DNA of 63,436 nt, filler included, from Olpidium bornovanus S191 (GCA_017911155.1; 28 parts of 28 records of this genome joined end to end with filler, not necessarily neighbours in it); one strand, 5' to 3'; positions 10,803-23,500 are shown, numbered from the whole stretch's first letter. Notes: generated from the letters alone by a model not told the origin. Numbers and translations are program-made.

Positions 10803-11741
10803 ATGAGCGCGACCGCGGGCGGCCGCCAGGCGACGGGGGGCGCGAGCGGCACGCGCGCCTCGCGGCGGGCAGAAAAGTGGCTCTCGCAGGAAGAGGCGGC
10901 CGCGGTTGTCGCGGAGCTCCGCGACTTCGTCGTCGAAAACGACTACGTCGAGTACGAGGGGGAGGAGCCCCCGCCTCGCAAAGCGGCCGAGCTCGAGTTC
11001 GACGACGGGCCCGACTTCGTCGCGGAGACAAACAATTCCGGGGTCCACGAGCGCCCCGCGAGGCCGCCGCCGAGGCGCGGGACGATCGTGGACGCGATTA
11101 ACGCGAACCGGACGCGGTCGTCGTGGGCCCGCGTCGTGGAGGCGGCGGTCGCGGCGCACGCCCGCGCCAAGCCAGCGGAGGCGTGCAGCGACGAGGCGTT
11201 CCTTCTCGCTGACGCCGCCGCGTTTGGCCCGTTCCGGTGCGTGACGGGCGCCGCCGCCGCCGCCGCCGCGATCGGCCAGCCGATCAGAGGATGCTTGCCC
11301 AAAGACGGCGACCCGGCCGGCCACAGAAAGCGGATCAAGCCGACCGCCGTCGCCGGTCTGCCGGATCGCGCGACGCAGACCCCCGCGCTCGCCGCCGCGC
11401 CGGCCGGCGAACCCGCCCCCGAGACCGCTCCGACACCGGGCGCCGACCCCGCCGCCGAGACAGCTCCGGGGCCGGCCGCCGACCCCGCCGCCGAGACAGC
11501 TCCGTGGCCGGCCGCCGGCCCCGCCGCCGAGACATCTCCGGCGCCGGCCGCCGACCCCGCCGCCGAGACGGCTCCGGCGCCGGCCCCCCACCCCGCCGCC
11601 GAGACGGCTCCGGCGCCGGCCCCCCACCTCGCCGCCGAGACGGCTCCGAGGGCGTCCGCCGACCCCGCTGCGACGCCGGCCGCCGCGCCCGCGCCCGCGG
11701 GCGCGATAAAAGCATGTCATGAAGTGTGTTTCGTCCACTAA
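10803..11741 (+). CDS. Hypothetical Ala/Pro-rich protein with 12-aa tandem repeats
   Basis: Open frame from ATG 10803 with an acidic segment (FVVENDYVEYEGEE) and repeated ET(A/S)P units. No recognised domain. Confidence 0.5.
   Translation: MSATAGGRQATGGASGTRASRRAEKWLSQEEAAAVVAELRDFVVENDYVEYEGEEPPPRKAAELEFDDGPDFVAETNNSGVHERPARPPPRRGTIVDAINANRTRSSWARVVEAAVAAHARAKPAEACSDEAFLLADAAAFGPFRCVTGAAAAAAAIGQPIRGCLPKDGDPAGHRKRIKPTAVAGLPDRATQTPALAAAPAGEPAPETAPTPGADPAAETAPGPAADPAAETAPWPAAGPAAETSPAPAADPAAETAPAPAPHPAAETAPAPAPHLAAETAPRASADPAATPAAAPAPAGAIKACHEVCFVH
11395..11700 (+). repeat. 36-bp coding minisatellite, 7 copies (consensus APAADPAAETAP)
   Basis: CCGCCGCCGAGACxGCTCCGGxGCCGGCCGCCGACC recurs with a 36-nt period; seven ET(A/S)P motifs. 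Confidence 0.9.
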
Positions 11742-13015
11742 AACCGATTGCGAGAACCCGATGCATCATAACAGCGCAACCCTTGCGCGGCGGACTCTTG
11801 ACATGAGGTGGCGATGCTGGACGAGTTACTTTGCCGGGAGGTGGAGAGAGGGAGGGGGAGAGTGGTGGGTTGGGGAGGCATCCGTCTATCCGGCTTCTAA
11901 GCCCGCCCACTGCTGCCCGGCTTAGCGCAAAGCAACGCTATTTCTCCCCCTCCGGCCGGAAAGCCGAAAACCAAAAAAATAATAAATTCAAAAAAAATAT
12001 TCCGTTTTGGGCTGCGTTACGTTTTGTTTGGGCGGTCGTTTTGTGGCTCGCGCCGAGACGCGCCGCGCGAAATAGTCGCCACCTCGCGCGTCAGTTTTGC
12101 CCGCGCGGGGGAGAGGGAGTGTCCGCTAGTGTTCGCCCCCGTCGCCGCCCGCCCGCCGCGCGCGTGGGTCGAGAGGGGGGCGGCGGGGACAGATCACGCG
12201 AGAGCGGCAGTCCCAAATAAAAGGGCGCCACACGAAAGGATCGAAAACTCCGCGCCGCGGGAAGCGCCCCTGCGCCGCAGGCGCGCCGGAAAAAAAAAAG
12301 ATAAACCGGCCAATTTCCGAAAAAAAAAAAAGAAAAAAAAGGCATCGGCCGCTCCGCTTATCGCGCGTTTTCATTCGCGCGCGTTTATGTGGGCGGGCGC
12401 AAGATAATCGCGCCGCCGGCGGTTATCGGAGCCGTTCGGTGACGAACGCCAGTATAAGTAGAATTTAACGCGCCCGGGTTCCCGGCATGACACGTGGCAA
12501 ATTATGACGGCAGCGAGGTGTTGAATGGGCCCGGGGTCTTTTTTCCGCCAGGAAGCCGCGCGTCAGCGCGCGGAAAAACCGCGTGCCGCGTTCGAAGTTA
12601 CGTCCGCTCGCCCCCCTCGCCACGCTCACCCCCTTTTTCTCCACGCCCGCCGCCCCCGCAGGCGGAGCGGATGAGCTTCGTTTACTCGCCCCCGTTTCGA
12701 ACTGCGCTCGAGTGCAGCCACCCATCCCCCCCCCCCCCCCCCCCCCCCCCCTTTTCACCCCCCCCCCCCCCCCCCCTTCCCGCGGCNNNNNNNNNNNNNN
12801 NNNNNNNNNNNNNNNNNNNNNNNNNNNNNNTTAATTAATTAANNNNNNNNNNNNNNNNNNNNNNNNNNNNNNNNNNNNNNNNNNNNCCCCCGCCCCCCCC
12901 CGGTGGCGGGCCGCGGGTCAGCCCGAGCGGACGGCCCGGCGGGGAAGAACCGCCCCTGCGGCCGCCGAACCCTCGAGAAGTCGCTGGGACCCCTCCCGAC
13001 GCCGTCCGTTTCCCG

Positions 13016-13873
13016 ATGCGAAGCCACGGCGCGCACAGTTCGTCGGGGAGCGGGACTGCTGTCCGGTTGATCAACCAGCCGACTCTCGTCGAGCACAAGA
13101 ATCTGCGGTTCCTGATCGCCGACGCTCCTTCGGACAGCAACCTGCCCCTGTTCATAAAGGTGAAGAAACAAGAGATTTTATTTTGCTCTCGTTTTCCTGA
13201 GCACGGTCTCGCAGCCGGTTTTACCCCAAAAGCTCAGTTTCGTCCCCCATTTTCCTCCTGCCCCCCGTCCCCCACTTCGCTCTTCCCCTTAAAAATTCCA
13301 AATGCGGTCAGGAATTTGAGAAGCATAACGTGACCGACGTCGTCAGAGTTTGCAACCCGACGTATTCCACCGCGCCTTTGGTGGACAAAGGCATCAAAGT
13401 GCACGTGAGTACGAAAGCATCGAGCGAAACCCCCGCCCCTGGCCCGTTATCCTCAAACGGGCGGGACGTTTGACACGGCCCCCTGGCCACGGCCCGTTTG
13501 GCGGTCGTTTGACCTCTCTCGGGTTGGTGGGGGCCGAATCGGGGGGAAAAAAAATAAAAACACTCAGGACTGGAGCTTCAGCGACGGCGAGCCCCCTCCG
13601 TCGGACATCGTGGACAACTGGCTGGACCTGATCGAAAGGCGGTTCGGCCGGGACCCGTCCGCGCAACCTGATTCGGCGCTGTGCGTGCACTGCGTCGCAG
13701 GGCTCGGTCGGGCGCCCGTGCTCGTCGCCATCGCGCTCATCGAACACGGAATGGCCCCCGTGGACGCCCTCGTCTACGTGCGCGAGCGGCGGCGGGGCGC
13801 AATCAACAACAAGCAACTCAAATACATAGAGGGGTACAAGCGACGGACGAAAAGCAAGTGTCTGATCATGTAG
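13016..13873 (+). CDS. PTP4A1: PRL / PTP4A prenylated protein tyrosine phosphatase, 3 exons (13016-13159, 13312-13404, 13568-13873)
   Basis: RFLIADAPSDSNL, VTDVVRVCNPTY, DWSFSDGEPPP, active site VHCVAGLGRAP, RRGAIN, and C-terminal CAAX box CLIM*. Both introns are GT-AG. Confidence 0.95.
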
Positions 13874-14739
13874 CACCTGGCGGATTGCTTTTTTTTACCC
13901 TTTTTCCCATTCTTTATTCCCCCAGCACCTTTTGATCCCCAGCAGTTTTTCCCCTCCAACCGCCGCAACGAGGATTCTCTATTCGCACACACCTACCGGT
14001 ATTTTTTTTCTTCTTTTTTTACTCCCAAATAAGCACCATGTTTGCTATTCTTTACCCCCCTGTCCATCATCGAATCCGGTGCTCCTCCGTTTGTACATAA
14101 TTATCGAAAGCTCCACGCCTCGCGGCATTCAAAGGGGTCGAGGGAGGGGAGAGGAGGACGGCAGAGGGGAAGAGGGGGGGGAGTCCCGGAACCCGTCGTT
14201 TTCCTGGAGAGGCGAGTTGTTGATTCTGGACGAGGGAGCGGAAACATCGAGAATTGCGCGCGGGAGGCAAACCGCGAACGTCTCTTCCACCCCTCTTTTC
14301 CGCTCCGCCGTGCGAATTATCTCAGGACGGAGAGGAGCGGGGAGGGAGTGAGGCATGCCCGAAGGGGGCCACGGCCCGGCTGAACCGCGGTGTGCCCGAA
14401 AAAAAACCCAAAACCCAAAACTCAAAACTCAAAAAAAAAAGGTCGCAACCGACTCGAACGAGTAGTCCTAGACTTACAGGTAATGCATTTCACTGGTCTT
14501 CGCCGGCGGGGGCGGTTTTTTTTTTTTTTTTTTTGTTTGTTTTGTTTTTTTTTTTTTTTTTTTTCATCCACCCGCGTACGCGCAAGCACTTTTCCTCCCC
14601 TTCCTTCCGTCGGTAAAAACAAAGGAAGGAACGGGAGAACTGACGAGAAAAAAAGGGTGTTCCAGGGAGGATAGAGCACTTCGCCCGCCGACTTTCACCC
14701 GTGAACAGCGGCGCAATAAAGAAAAGCCCACCACAGGAC

Positions 14740-15906
14740 TTGACGGAGCCGGCACTGCCAGGGACACCAAGAGAAAGAACGACAAAACGGGTATCAAATG
14801 CTATGGCTGTGGGAAGACAGGTCATATGGCATGTGAATGGTGTGAGCCCAAGAAAGAGAAGAAGGAGCCTGTCGCTGCAACCGCAGATCCTTCAAAGAAG
14901 GTGTCGACACTCAGCAAAGCCAATGGAAAAGAGTTGAAATTCCAAGTAGCCTGCACCACCGGTGTTTTAGAAGACGGCGCTTCTCAAGTCAGCGTCTGTA
15001 GGCAAAATCGCATCGCATCGTCATGGATAGCAGGGCTACCACACACATGATACCCAATGGACAATGGTTCACCTCCAGAACGCCGAGCAACAAGCGCATC
15101 TGGACTGCCTCCAAAGCAAACGAACCCATCCTAGCCAAAGAGACAGTCGCACATCCACACGGATAAAGGGCACCACCTCTCATTGAAGAGTGCCCTACAC
15201 ACACCGTTGTTCCGCATGCTCCTCTCCGCAGCCACGTACCACTGCCTGGACGTCACGTTCAAACCCAACGGCAAAGCATGCATCACGACGCAAGACGGAA
15301 GAGGTGTGGCAACCGCGACACGTGATGACATCCACCGACTTTTTTTTACCTTGACGGGCGCCCGCTGCTGACTCAGGTTGGGTCGCCGAAGCCAACACGG
15401 ATGCCAACGAGGACAATGAAAGTGCCTTCACTGTCACAGTCAGAAACGATTGCAACTGCTGGCACGCACGGATTGGCCACCTGGGATCAGCAGAACTCCG
15501 CCTGATCCAAAAACAAGCCGAAGGAGAGATAACCAAAGCTCGCCTCTGGGCGCCCACCGACGAGGGACAGTGCGAATCGTGCCAACTAGGCAAGCAAACG
15601 CGCAAGCCACACCCACCATCCACCAATGCTGACTCGGACGACACGATAGCTCAAGTGGATCTCACAGGGCCATACCTGACTTCCATCCACGGGAACCGTT
15701 ACGCCATGACCTGCGTAGGCCCAAAAAGGCGCGCGCAGTGCTACTTCCTCAAATCTAAAGAAGGCAAAACGACGCAATTGGCACACATGCCAAGAACCGT
15801 AGATTCGCTATCAAGACCCATCGGTCTGACCACGGAGGCAAATTCCTAGGGGAGGCGTATCAAGCAGCACTGCGAAGTAACGGCATCCGCATTGAAACAT
15901 CAGTGC
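14740..15906 (+). mobile_element. Degenerate Ty1/copia LTR retrotransposon (gag knuckle, protease, integrase), truncated
   Basis: Across frameshifts: CYGCGKTGHMACEW (knuckle), MDSRATTHM (protease), WHARIGH...CESCQLGKQ (integrase HHCC), VDLTGPY...GNRY...YFLKSKE and RSDHGGKF (integrase core). Protease-integrase order and motifs are copia-type. Confidence 0.9.
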
Positions 15907-16109
15907 NNNNNNNNNNNNNNNNNNNNNNNNNNNNNNNNNNNNNNNNNNNNTTAATTAATTAANNNNNNNNNNNNNNNNNNNNNNNNNNNNNNNNNNNNNN
16001 NNNNNNTATTCCGCGTACTGGATCCAATGCCGCGCCTAAGTAAACGCACAGAGGGAGAGAGGGAAAGCGAGAGACAAAGTGTTGGACGTGAGCACGGTGG
16101 AAAACAACC

Positions 16110-16991
16110 GCCTGCGAATTTGCATGGCCTTGACGGCCGTCTGCATTAGGTCGCGATCATACCTGACGGGAACGTTACGGCGCTTTTCGAACTCGACCGT
16201 CGAGTCCTGCGGAAAGCGAAAAAAAAAAAAAAGTCAGCGGTTTGGACCGGACGCCCAATCTTCTCGGGCGGGAAACTTCAGCGCTTATGCGGCGGGGCGC
16301 TCGCCCTGCCCGCGCGGCGCAACCCCGGCCACCCCTCCGTATTCCATGACACACTCACGATCGTCATTTCCTTGCCGGCGGCCTTGCGGAACGCCTTGGT
16401 CCACCGGACCTTGCGCGGGTTACGTTTCATCTTGAAATTCTTGTGGCACTTTGACCGGCAGAACCGGAACATCTTTTCGGACGGAAATACCCCGCGGGCA
16501 AGGAACGAGCGGGAGGCGAGGAGAGCCGCGGCGAGTTTGCGTAAGCCGCTCTTTACCGGCCCGCTCCGTCAGCGAGCACGGACATTTCCGCCGCCTGCAG
16601 AGACGTTCACAGGAGTAGGCATGTCCTGGGGCAGTTTGGGCGGATCCAACAAAAACCGAACGTGCTGGGCCGCGCGGGAAACCGCCGGCTAAACAAACAA
16701 ACAAACAAGAAAAAGAAAAACCACCAGGAGTAGGCGACCTTTCGGGATTCCCCCTCCCCCCCCCCCTTGTCCCCGTTGGCGGGCGGCAAAAGTGCGGCTC
16801 TCGCGCGTTTCGGCCTGTCGCACGAGCCGGGAAGGAGAGAGGGGGAAGGGGGGACGCATCCGAAGAAACGAAGAAAGTTTGCTGCGGGGTTTTCCTTTGG
16901 TTCTTTTTACCTTTGAGTCGTTTCTCACGAACTGTATGCCGTGTCCCGGGTAGCATGTGGACGAGCAGAAGTAGCACTTTTCCAACCTCAT
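16110..16991 (-). CDS. RLP24: RLP24 ribosome biogenesis protein (L24e family), 3 exons seen, 3' end unresolved
   Basis: [27 protein letters not shown] / [38 protein letters not shown] / [28 protein letters not shown]. Confidence 0.93.
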
Positions 16992-17639
16992 GGCGGCGGC
17001 GGGCTGGGCGCGGCGGACGCCGGCGACGGGGTGCGACTCTCAAACGGAAGCGGGGCGCAGAGTGTCGGTCTCTGTCGGCCGGTCGGTGGGTCTCGGTCGG
17101 GCACCGGGGAAAGGGGGCGGGAGAGGAGAGAGGAGAGAGGAGAGAGGAGAGCGTGCGCGAGCGGAGCGCGAGTTGAGTTGAGTTGAGTTGGCTGGCGGTG
17201 GCGCGGCGCGCGCGCGTGGGTGCCGGGGGTTTGGGGCTCCGCAGAAAGTGTCGGGGAAAAGGGACGGGGGCGAGGAAAAGGGGGGCCTGCGCTCCCGGAC
17301 TTTAAAAAAAAAAAAAAAAAAAAAAAANNNNNNNNNNNNNNNNNNNNNNNNNNNNNNNNNNNNNNNNNNNNTTAATTAATTAANNNNNNNNNNNNNNNNN
17401 NNNNNNNNNNNNNNNNNNNNNNNNNNNAGAGCGCGTGGGAAAGGTGCCTCTCGTTCTCCACCGTTGCCCCTCAGCGGCCGGGGGGTGGGAGGCGAACGCT
17501 CACCGCTCGCGCCACGCCTTCCTTCCCGGCCCCGTCGCACCTCCCCCCGGCTCCTTCTCGCCCGCCCACCCCCTCCCCGCCCCCGCGGCGCAAACGCGCC
17601 GGCGCTCCTCTTTCGACCGCTCCCGGCCGCCGCCTCCGC

Positions 17640-18890
17640 GTCAGCAAAACCGCGCTACGATCAGTCCAGCTACTGGGGCCGCTTGCGCCACTTCAGCCAG
17701 ATTACGAGTCCGCTGTGAGTAAAGGCCCCGTCGAAACGGGCGTAAGATGAAGAGGAAAAAAAAAAAAAAAAAAAAACGGCGTTGCGGGCGCGCCCGCCAG
17801 TCTGGGTGGGGTGAAAGGAAAGGAGTGAGGGTGGGGTGGGAGATCTTGATTTTCTGCGGCTGGGATAGGTTCTGGCGTCCACGACGGCAGTGACGATTAC
17901 TCGTTCCCGCAGTAAAGCTGCAGCTCCGGAACTTGGACGGATTGTCGCGTCGTTGGCCGCTCCTCACTCTAGCTGTCCGGTCGATTTCTAGGACACTGTT
18001 CGCGTCTTCGCAACGTCTGCAGGCGGCGAATCGGCTCGTAAGCGAATACAAGTCCGGCAAGCGAGATCCCGGGAGTGTCAACGTCGAGGAGCTATGGAAG
18101 TGCAAGACACGTACGTCGGCGCCCGTTCTCCTCAAAGCTGTTTGCTCGCGATGCGGAAACGTCCAAATTTCATTACCCGGTACCGTTTTTGACACCATTT
18201 GTGGGCAAAACGTCTTTGTTTCTCCTACACAAGTTGTCGACGCGACGTACCATTCGGACACGGGGGAGAAGATTTTCCTCCCGTTCCGGTTGTCCGCGTT
18301 CGTGCCCGTCAACTTAATCCTGGTCGCCGGCATGCTCACGCCCAACCCTTCCGTACGTCGTGGACCTTGATGAGGATCAGACGAGCAACAGACGGCGCAC
18401 GCGGTGCCTTGCCGACGGCGAAGGTTAACGCGGGCCTAGCTCCGCTCGCCCCATGTACAAATCGGACCAGATGAAAGGCGTGGTGTTCTGGCAGTGGGCG
18501 AACCAGTCGGTTAACGTGGCCGTCAACTACGCGAACGCTAACAAGACGACGCCGATGAACCTGCGGGAGACGGTCGGTATGTGCCAGATTCTTTTGCACA
18601 TGCGCCCTGCGGGGGCGGCGGTGCGTTCGCTGGCAAGCGCTGACCGCACCTACCGCGTTTCCCCGGCGCGCCAAACGTGACGCGCCCTTGGTGGCCGACC
18701 CCTCAGTCGCGTACGTCGCGGCGGTCACGGCGTCCGTGAGCATCGCGCTCGGCTTGAGCGAGGGCGTCAAACGGCTACCTCCCAGGATCGGTCCCACGAC
18801 GCGCATGATCCTTTCCCGGCTCGTGCCCTTCGCGGCCGTCGCCGGAGCGGGGACGGTAAACGTGTTTATGATGCGGCTGAAGGAGGTCAG
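17640..18890 (+). CDS. FSF1: Sideroflexin (FSF1/SFXN) mitochondrial carrier, multi-exon, partial
   Basis: PRYDQSSYWGRLRHF, HSDTGEKIFLPFRLSAFVPVN, FWQWANQSVNVAVNYANAN, RLVPFAAVAGAGTVNVFMMR. Confidence 0.95.
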
Positions 18891-19190
18891 GTGGGTGAAC
18901 CCGAAGCAAAGGGCGGCACGCCGCGGTCTTAAGTTAGCCGGATGCTCGGCTTCGAGGGCGCCGCTCTCTGCTTTCTGCGAGGGGTTTGCGTCGATCCTGA
19001 TTTTTGATTGGGGGCGCGGCTGGTTTGATCTGCGCCCAGGGAAGGCATCGACGTCATGNNNNNNNNNNNNNNNNNNNNNNNNNNNNNNNNNNNNNNNNNN
19101 NNTTAATTAATTAANNNNNNNNNNNNNNNNNNNNNNNNNNNNNNNNNNNNNNNNNNNNGGGGGGGGGGGCGGGCGGGGGGGGGGGGGGGT

Positions 19191-19254
<64 letters not shown>

Positions 19255-20520
19255 CTTTAGGAGGGCGGAGCGTGTGGGCGGGGCCGGATAATCCTCTCGC
19301 GAGGCTTTTCTTTTTCGTTTTTTTTTTTTTCCCTTAGTGAGGGGGGGCCCCACCCGGTCACGGGGGACGAACGCGCGCGCAACGCACAACATCACATCGA
19401 CGGAGCACGCGCGATTTGAGAGGTTTTTATTTTCTTCCAAAATGAAGAAAATGTTTGAATATGCTTCCCAAAAACCCCACCCGCGCCAGCTGACAGCCCA
19501 CCTCGGCCCCCACACGCGCAGCACAGCAAGAGAGAGAGCGAAAGAATGACACTGAGAGAGAAGCTGCCGCAGCAGCCGCAGGTTCTCGAGGTTTTTCCCG
19601 CAGTGTGGCCGTCGAGTCCGTGCGAGATTCGCGGGTGTAAAACGGGAACTCTGTGGAGCCCAGCCGGCCGAACTGCCGCCGCCGCGCCCTCGGTGGTTGG
19701 CAACTCGCCGGTTGCAGCCGCGGCGCACCAAGATTGTGATTGATTCGACATCAAGCGTTCTGAAGAACACAACGTCCACGCACGCGTCGTGGACAGACCT
19801 TTCCCCCCACCTTTTTCCAAAGCGCTATCATAATAAAGCGAACACCGTGAACAAGTATGAGCCCAAGGGACTCTCTATCGTAAGCGTCTCCCGCGCAACG
19901 AAGAGGGCGCGCGTGCTCACTACGGGATGTGCAGAGCAGCTCGACAAAAGCGATTCCGGAGGGGAAGCTGCATTGCGCAGCGCTGCCAGCAGCGGCGACC
20001 GCGCAGCGCGGCTGAGCGACTGTGCTGCGCAGCGGAGACGACGAGTAGTCGTGAAGGGCAGCAACCTTGGCGGGCGATTAAGAGAGCGGAAGCGCCACCA
20101 CGTCTGGCGGGCGTCGCCACGTTAGTGGAAGGCAACTGGGCTGACGGAAAATTCAGATGACGGCGTACCTGCAGGTGCGGCGGAAGCGGTCGTGGTTGCC
20201 GGGGAGCGTGCAAAACCGTCCGTTGGGGATTCAGGATTCGAGAGGGGTTGGACGACGATGCGGAAGCACTTGGAGTCATCATGCTTCCATGTTTGAAATA
20301 TTTACCAACACGTTGTTGAAGCCTGCGAGACGGTGCGCGACACAGGGGAGGCGATGGAAGGGCAGTTCAACCGCCTGGACAACCACACGGTTGGTAACCA
20401 AGATGGTANNNNNNNNNNNNNNNNNNNNNNNNNNNNNNNNNNNNNNNNNNNNTTAATTAATTAANNNNNNNNNNNNNNNNNNNNNNNNNNNNNNNNNNNN
20501 NNNNNNNNCATTCTGGACAG

Positions 20521-20598
20521 CACGTCGAGGCGCAGAGGGCGCTGGCAGACATCCAGGAGAAGCACGCCGACATCATCAGAATAGAGAAGAGCATCCTG
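20521..20598 (+). CDS. Syntaxin (Qa-SNARE) exon at the start of the SNARE motif
   Basis: AG/GT-bounded 78-nt exon HVEAQRALADIQEKHADIIRIEKSIL, resembling the Stx1/Sso SNARE-motif start. Confidence 0.8.
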
Positions 20599-23500
20599 GT
20601 TGGTAAATTTTTTTTGTTTCCCGCGCGCGCGCGACTTCCCTCTCCGCCCCCCGGGCAAAACAGGAGTCCTGGTCTGGAAATCCTCGCGGTAGGAGAGCAA
20701 CCGGACGTTCGCCGCGGAAGATGCGAAGCTGCCGGAAAATCCCCACGCACACACACACACACACTCTCGCACTCGCACACGACGCAAAATTCCACTATAC
20801 CATATTTTGCATGCCCTTCCCCCTCCACCTCCCGTCGCCTCGGCCTCTGACGGGGGTCCATTTTCAATTTCGCGCTTGTACGCACTGTGTCCGCCGCAAC
20901 TTTTCTCTCTGTGTGCGCACCGTGTGCCCCCTCGGCCCGAGCTCGGCCGACCTATATCAGTGAGAGCCGGATGTTTTCGTCGTTGGGGTGGTGGCGGGGC
21001 GGGGAAGGTGGGCGGGCCGTTTTTGGCTCAAATTTTCCGCGGGCGTCACATTCCGCCTTATAATTGGGCCCCACGCCCCCCCCGCGGCCCCTTCCCCCCG
21101 CCCCCTTTCTCGTTCTCCTCCTCCCACCCCTTTCCGCCCCAAACGGAGGGGAGACAGAGAAAGAGAGAGACAGAGAGACAAAAATGGGCGGCCGAACTAA
21201 CTCCCGGTCCCGCCAGCCGGCGCGGGCCGGCGAGCCCGGCCTCGCCTTCGATCCTTTGCCGGCGCCAGGGCGGGCGAAGGTGCCCGCCGGCGCGCGGCAT
21301 TTCGACCGCGCTTTGGAAACGTAGGTTCTCTCTGTTTGAAGCTTCGCCCCCGACGAAAAGAAGAAAAACCGTCCTGGTTTTCGTAGCGTCCTCTCGCGCG
21401 CCCGCCCGCCCGCGGCAGGCGGGGGGCGGGTGTGGGGGGTGGGGGGTGGGCGCGCGGGTGAGCCGGACGCGCGTCGTTTGCCTGCCGGCGCGGGCAAGGG
21501 GATGAAACAACAACTTCCCGTTCGCTACCCCGCCCACCCCNNNNNNNNNNNNNNNNNNNNNNNNNNNNNNNNNNNNNNNNNNNNTTAATTAATTAANNNN
21601 NNNNNNNNNNNNNNNNNNNNNNNNNNNNNNNNNNNNNNNNCATGTTAGGTCATTAAGTCCCAGTATGGTGTCGGCGCCCAAATGGCCTCACGGGCGGACG
21701 CGCCGACGACGGGCGCCGTATCGACGTCCTCTCGTTGCATAAACCTTCGCTTTCCCTCCCGTCGGGATCGACTTGCGTAACCCCAGCGATTTCCCTCGAT
21801 TTGCATCATTCCATTGACTTCTTTCGACTTGCATAGCTCCATCGATTTTTCCGCTCGACCCCTTTTTGTTTTGATTTTGCCGTTCCCTTTCTTTTTTTGT
21901 TTCTTGTCGCCTACCTAAAATCCCTTGTTCGAAAAACCCTGACATCGAAAGAAAAAAAAGGGAAAGGGGTCGAAGCCGAGATTGCCAACGGGCTGTCGGC
22001 GCGTCGAAGTTGAGGAGAGCTAAGTTTCGGGCTCCCCCTGTGCCATCGGGCCAGGAGCGGGAGCCCCCGTCTGTCCGTCGACTTCGCGATCGTCTTTCCG
22101 CGTCTCTGTGGGAGTGCCCTACCTCCTTTCTGTCTCGTTCTCCCTCTTCTCAGCAAAACCCTCCCTGAAACGCGAGCCCCCGACGGGCACGGATCTGCTA
22201 TTTGCCATCCTATCCTTTGTCTCATCGGACGCCGCGTACCCCCGCCCCCTTCAACATCAAGGGGGCCCCAAAGCGTCCCGACCCTGACAACGGCTTAGCT
22301 GTTCCTCTGTGTGCACCTGCTGACTGATGGCACTGGAGTCTCTCCTTTCCTTTGCGGTAGTGACAGACAGCGAGTGCACGAACGGATGGCGTGGTTCGCC
22401 TCTTGGCAGGCACGCGGTGTCCCTCACTCTCCTTCTTCGTGGCGCCGACGAACGGCGCAGCAGCTGACTCCTTTTCCGCGGAAGGCGCAACGGCTGAATC
22501 CTCCACGGCCTGGCGGACGGCTCAACGTACTCCTCCGTGGCGCCGGCGGACAGCGCGGCGCCTGGCTGCTGCTCCTTCTGCGCGATGCGTGCTGCCTGGC
22601 GCTCTCGCCGCTGCTGTGCGCACGATGCGACGGTGCTGCTTGCTTTGGGAGCGACCAATGGCGGCCGCCGTTGCGTCGGTCGCCCAACGGAAGGGGGAAT
22701 TTTGATGTTTCATAAGCAAAGTAGGGCAATCCCCTTGGGCTCGTAACCTACTTGAGAACCTTCTAATATCTAATGCATTACATTGATGGTAATGGGAAGA
22801 ACCTCTCGTAGTTGATACCCTATGACACATAATTTTTTTTCGAGATGTCTGACTGTGTTTTATGGTTTCCGTCTTGGGAGTTCTGTGGCTGTTTGAAGGG
22901 AAGCTCAATGGAGGAGCTGCCGGTAGGAAGGAGCTGCCGGAGACGGGCGGAGACGGGCGGCGGCGGGAGGCGCCGGCTCCTCTTCAGAAGAAGCACATTG
23001 ATGATCACGTGACCCCTAGCGCGCAAGGTATGGTTCGCAACAGGGGTGAAAGAAACGAAAAAAAAAAAAAACTGACGGGGCGCAAAGCTCACGTAAGCAA
23101 GAAACTCCGCAAGAGAAGCGGCATCTGGTTTCCACAGAAGACGTCGCCTTGCGCGTGGAGCCAGTGGTAATTCTGGCACATCTCGCGTCCGTTCGACTAC
23201 GAGGCCTTTTCCTGCAAGAAGTATAGCCACCATTAGTGCTTTCCCGAACTGTGCGTTTGCTAGGCTTTTGGCGTCGGCGTGCGAGTTGGCGAACATGTGA
23301 CCGCGAAGTGCAAATACCATCGTGCCCGCTTCGAGTCTCATCTGCACGGGGCTAATTTTTCCCCATGCGCTTCGTTGTGTTCGTGGTGATTTATTTTTTT
23401 TGGCCGCCTGCTAGAGGGACGTTTACGGCCGAGCATCCTCTCCGACTGGGCGGGAAGGGCAGGCGTGTTCTGGTACGAGGCCGCCTTCTTTTTTTTCCCT

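Noticed and set aside
19644-19661. GLHRVP on the minus strand, resembling the release-factor GxHRVQRVP motif; possible tiny exons elsewhere in 19159-20408
   Set aside because: Homology does not extend beyond six residues, and I could not build a consistent gene model for this fragment.
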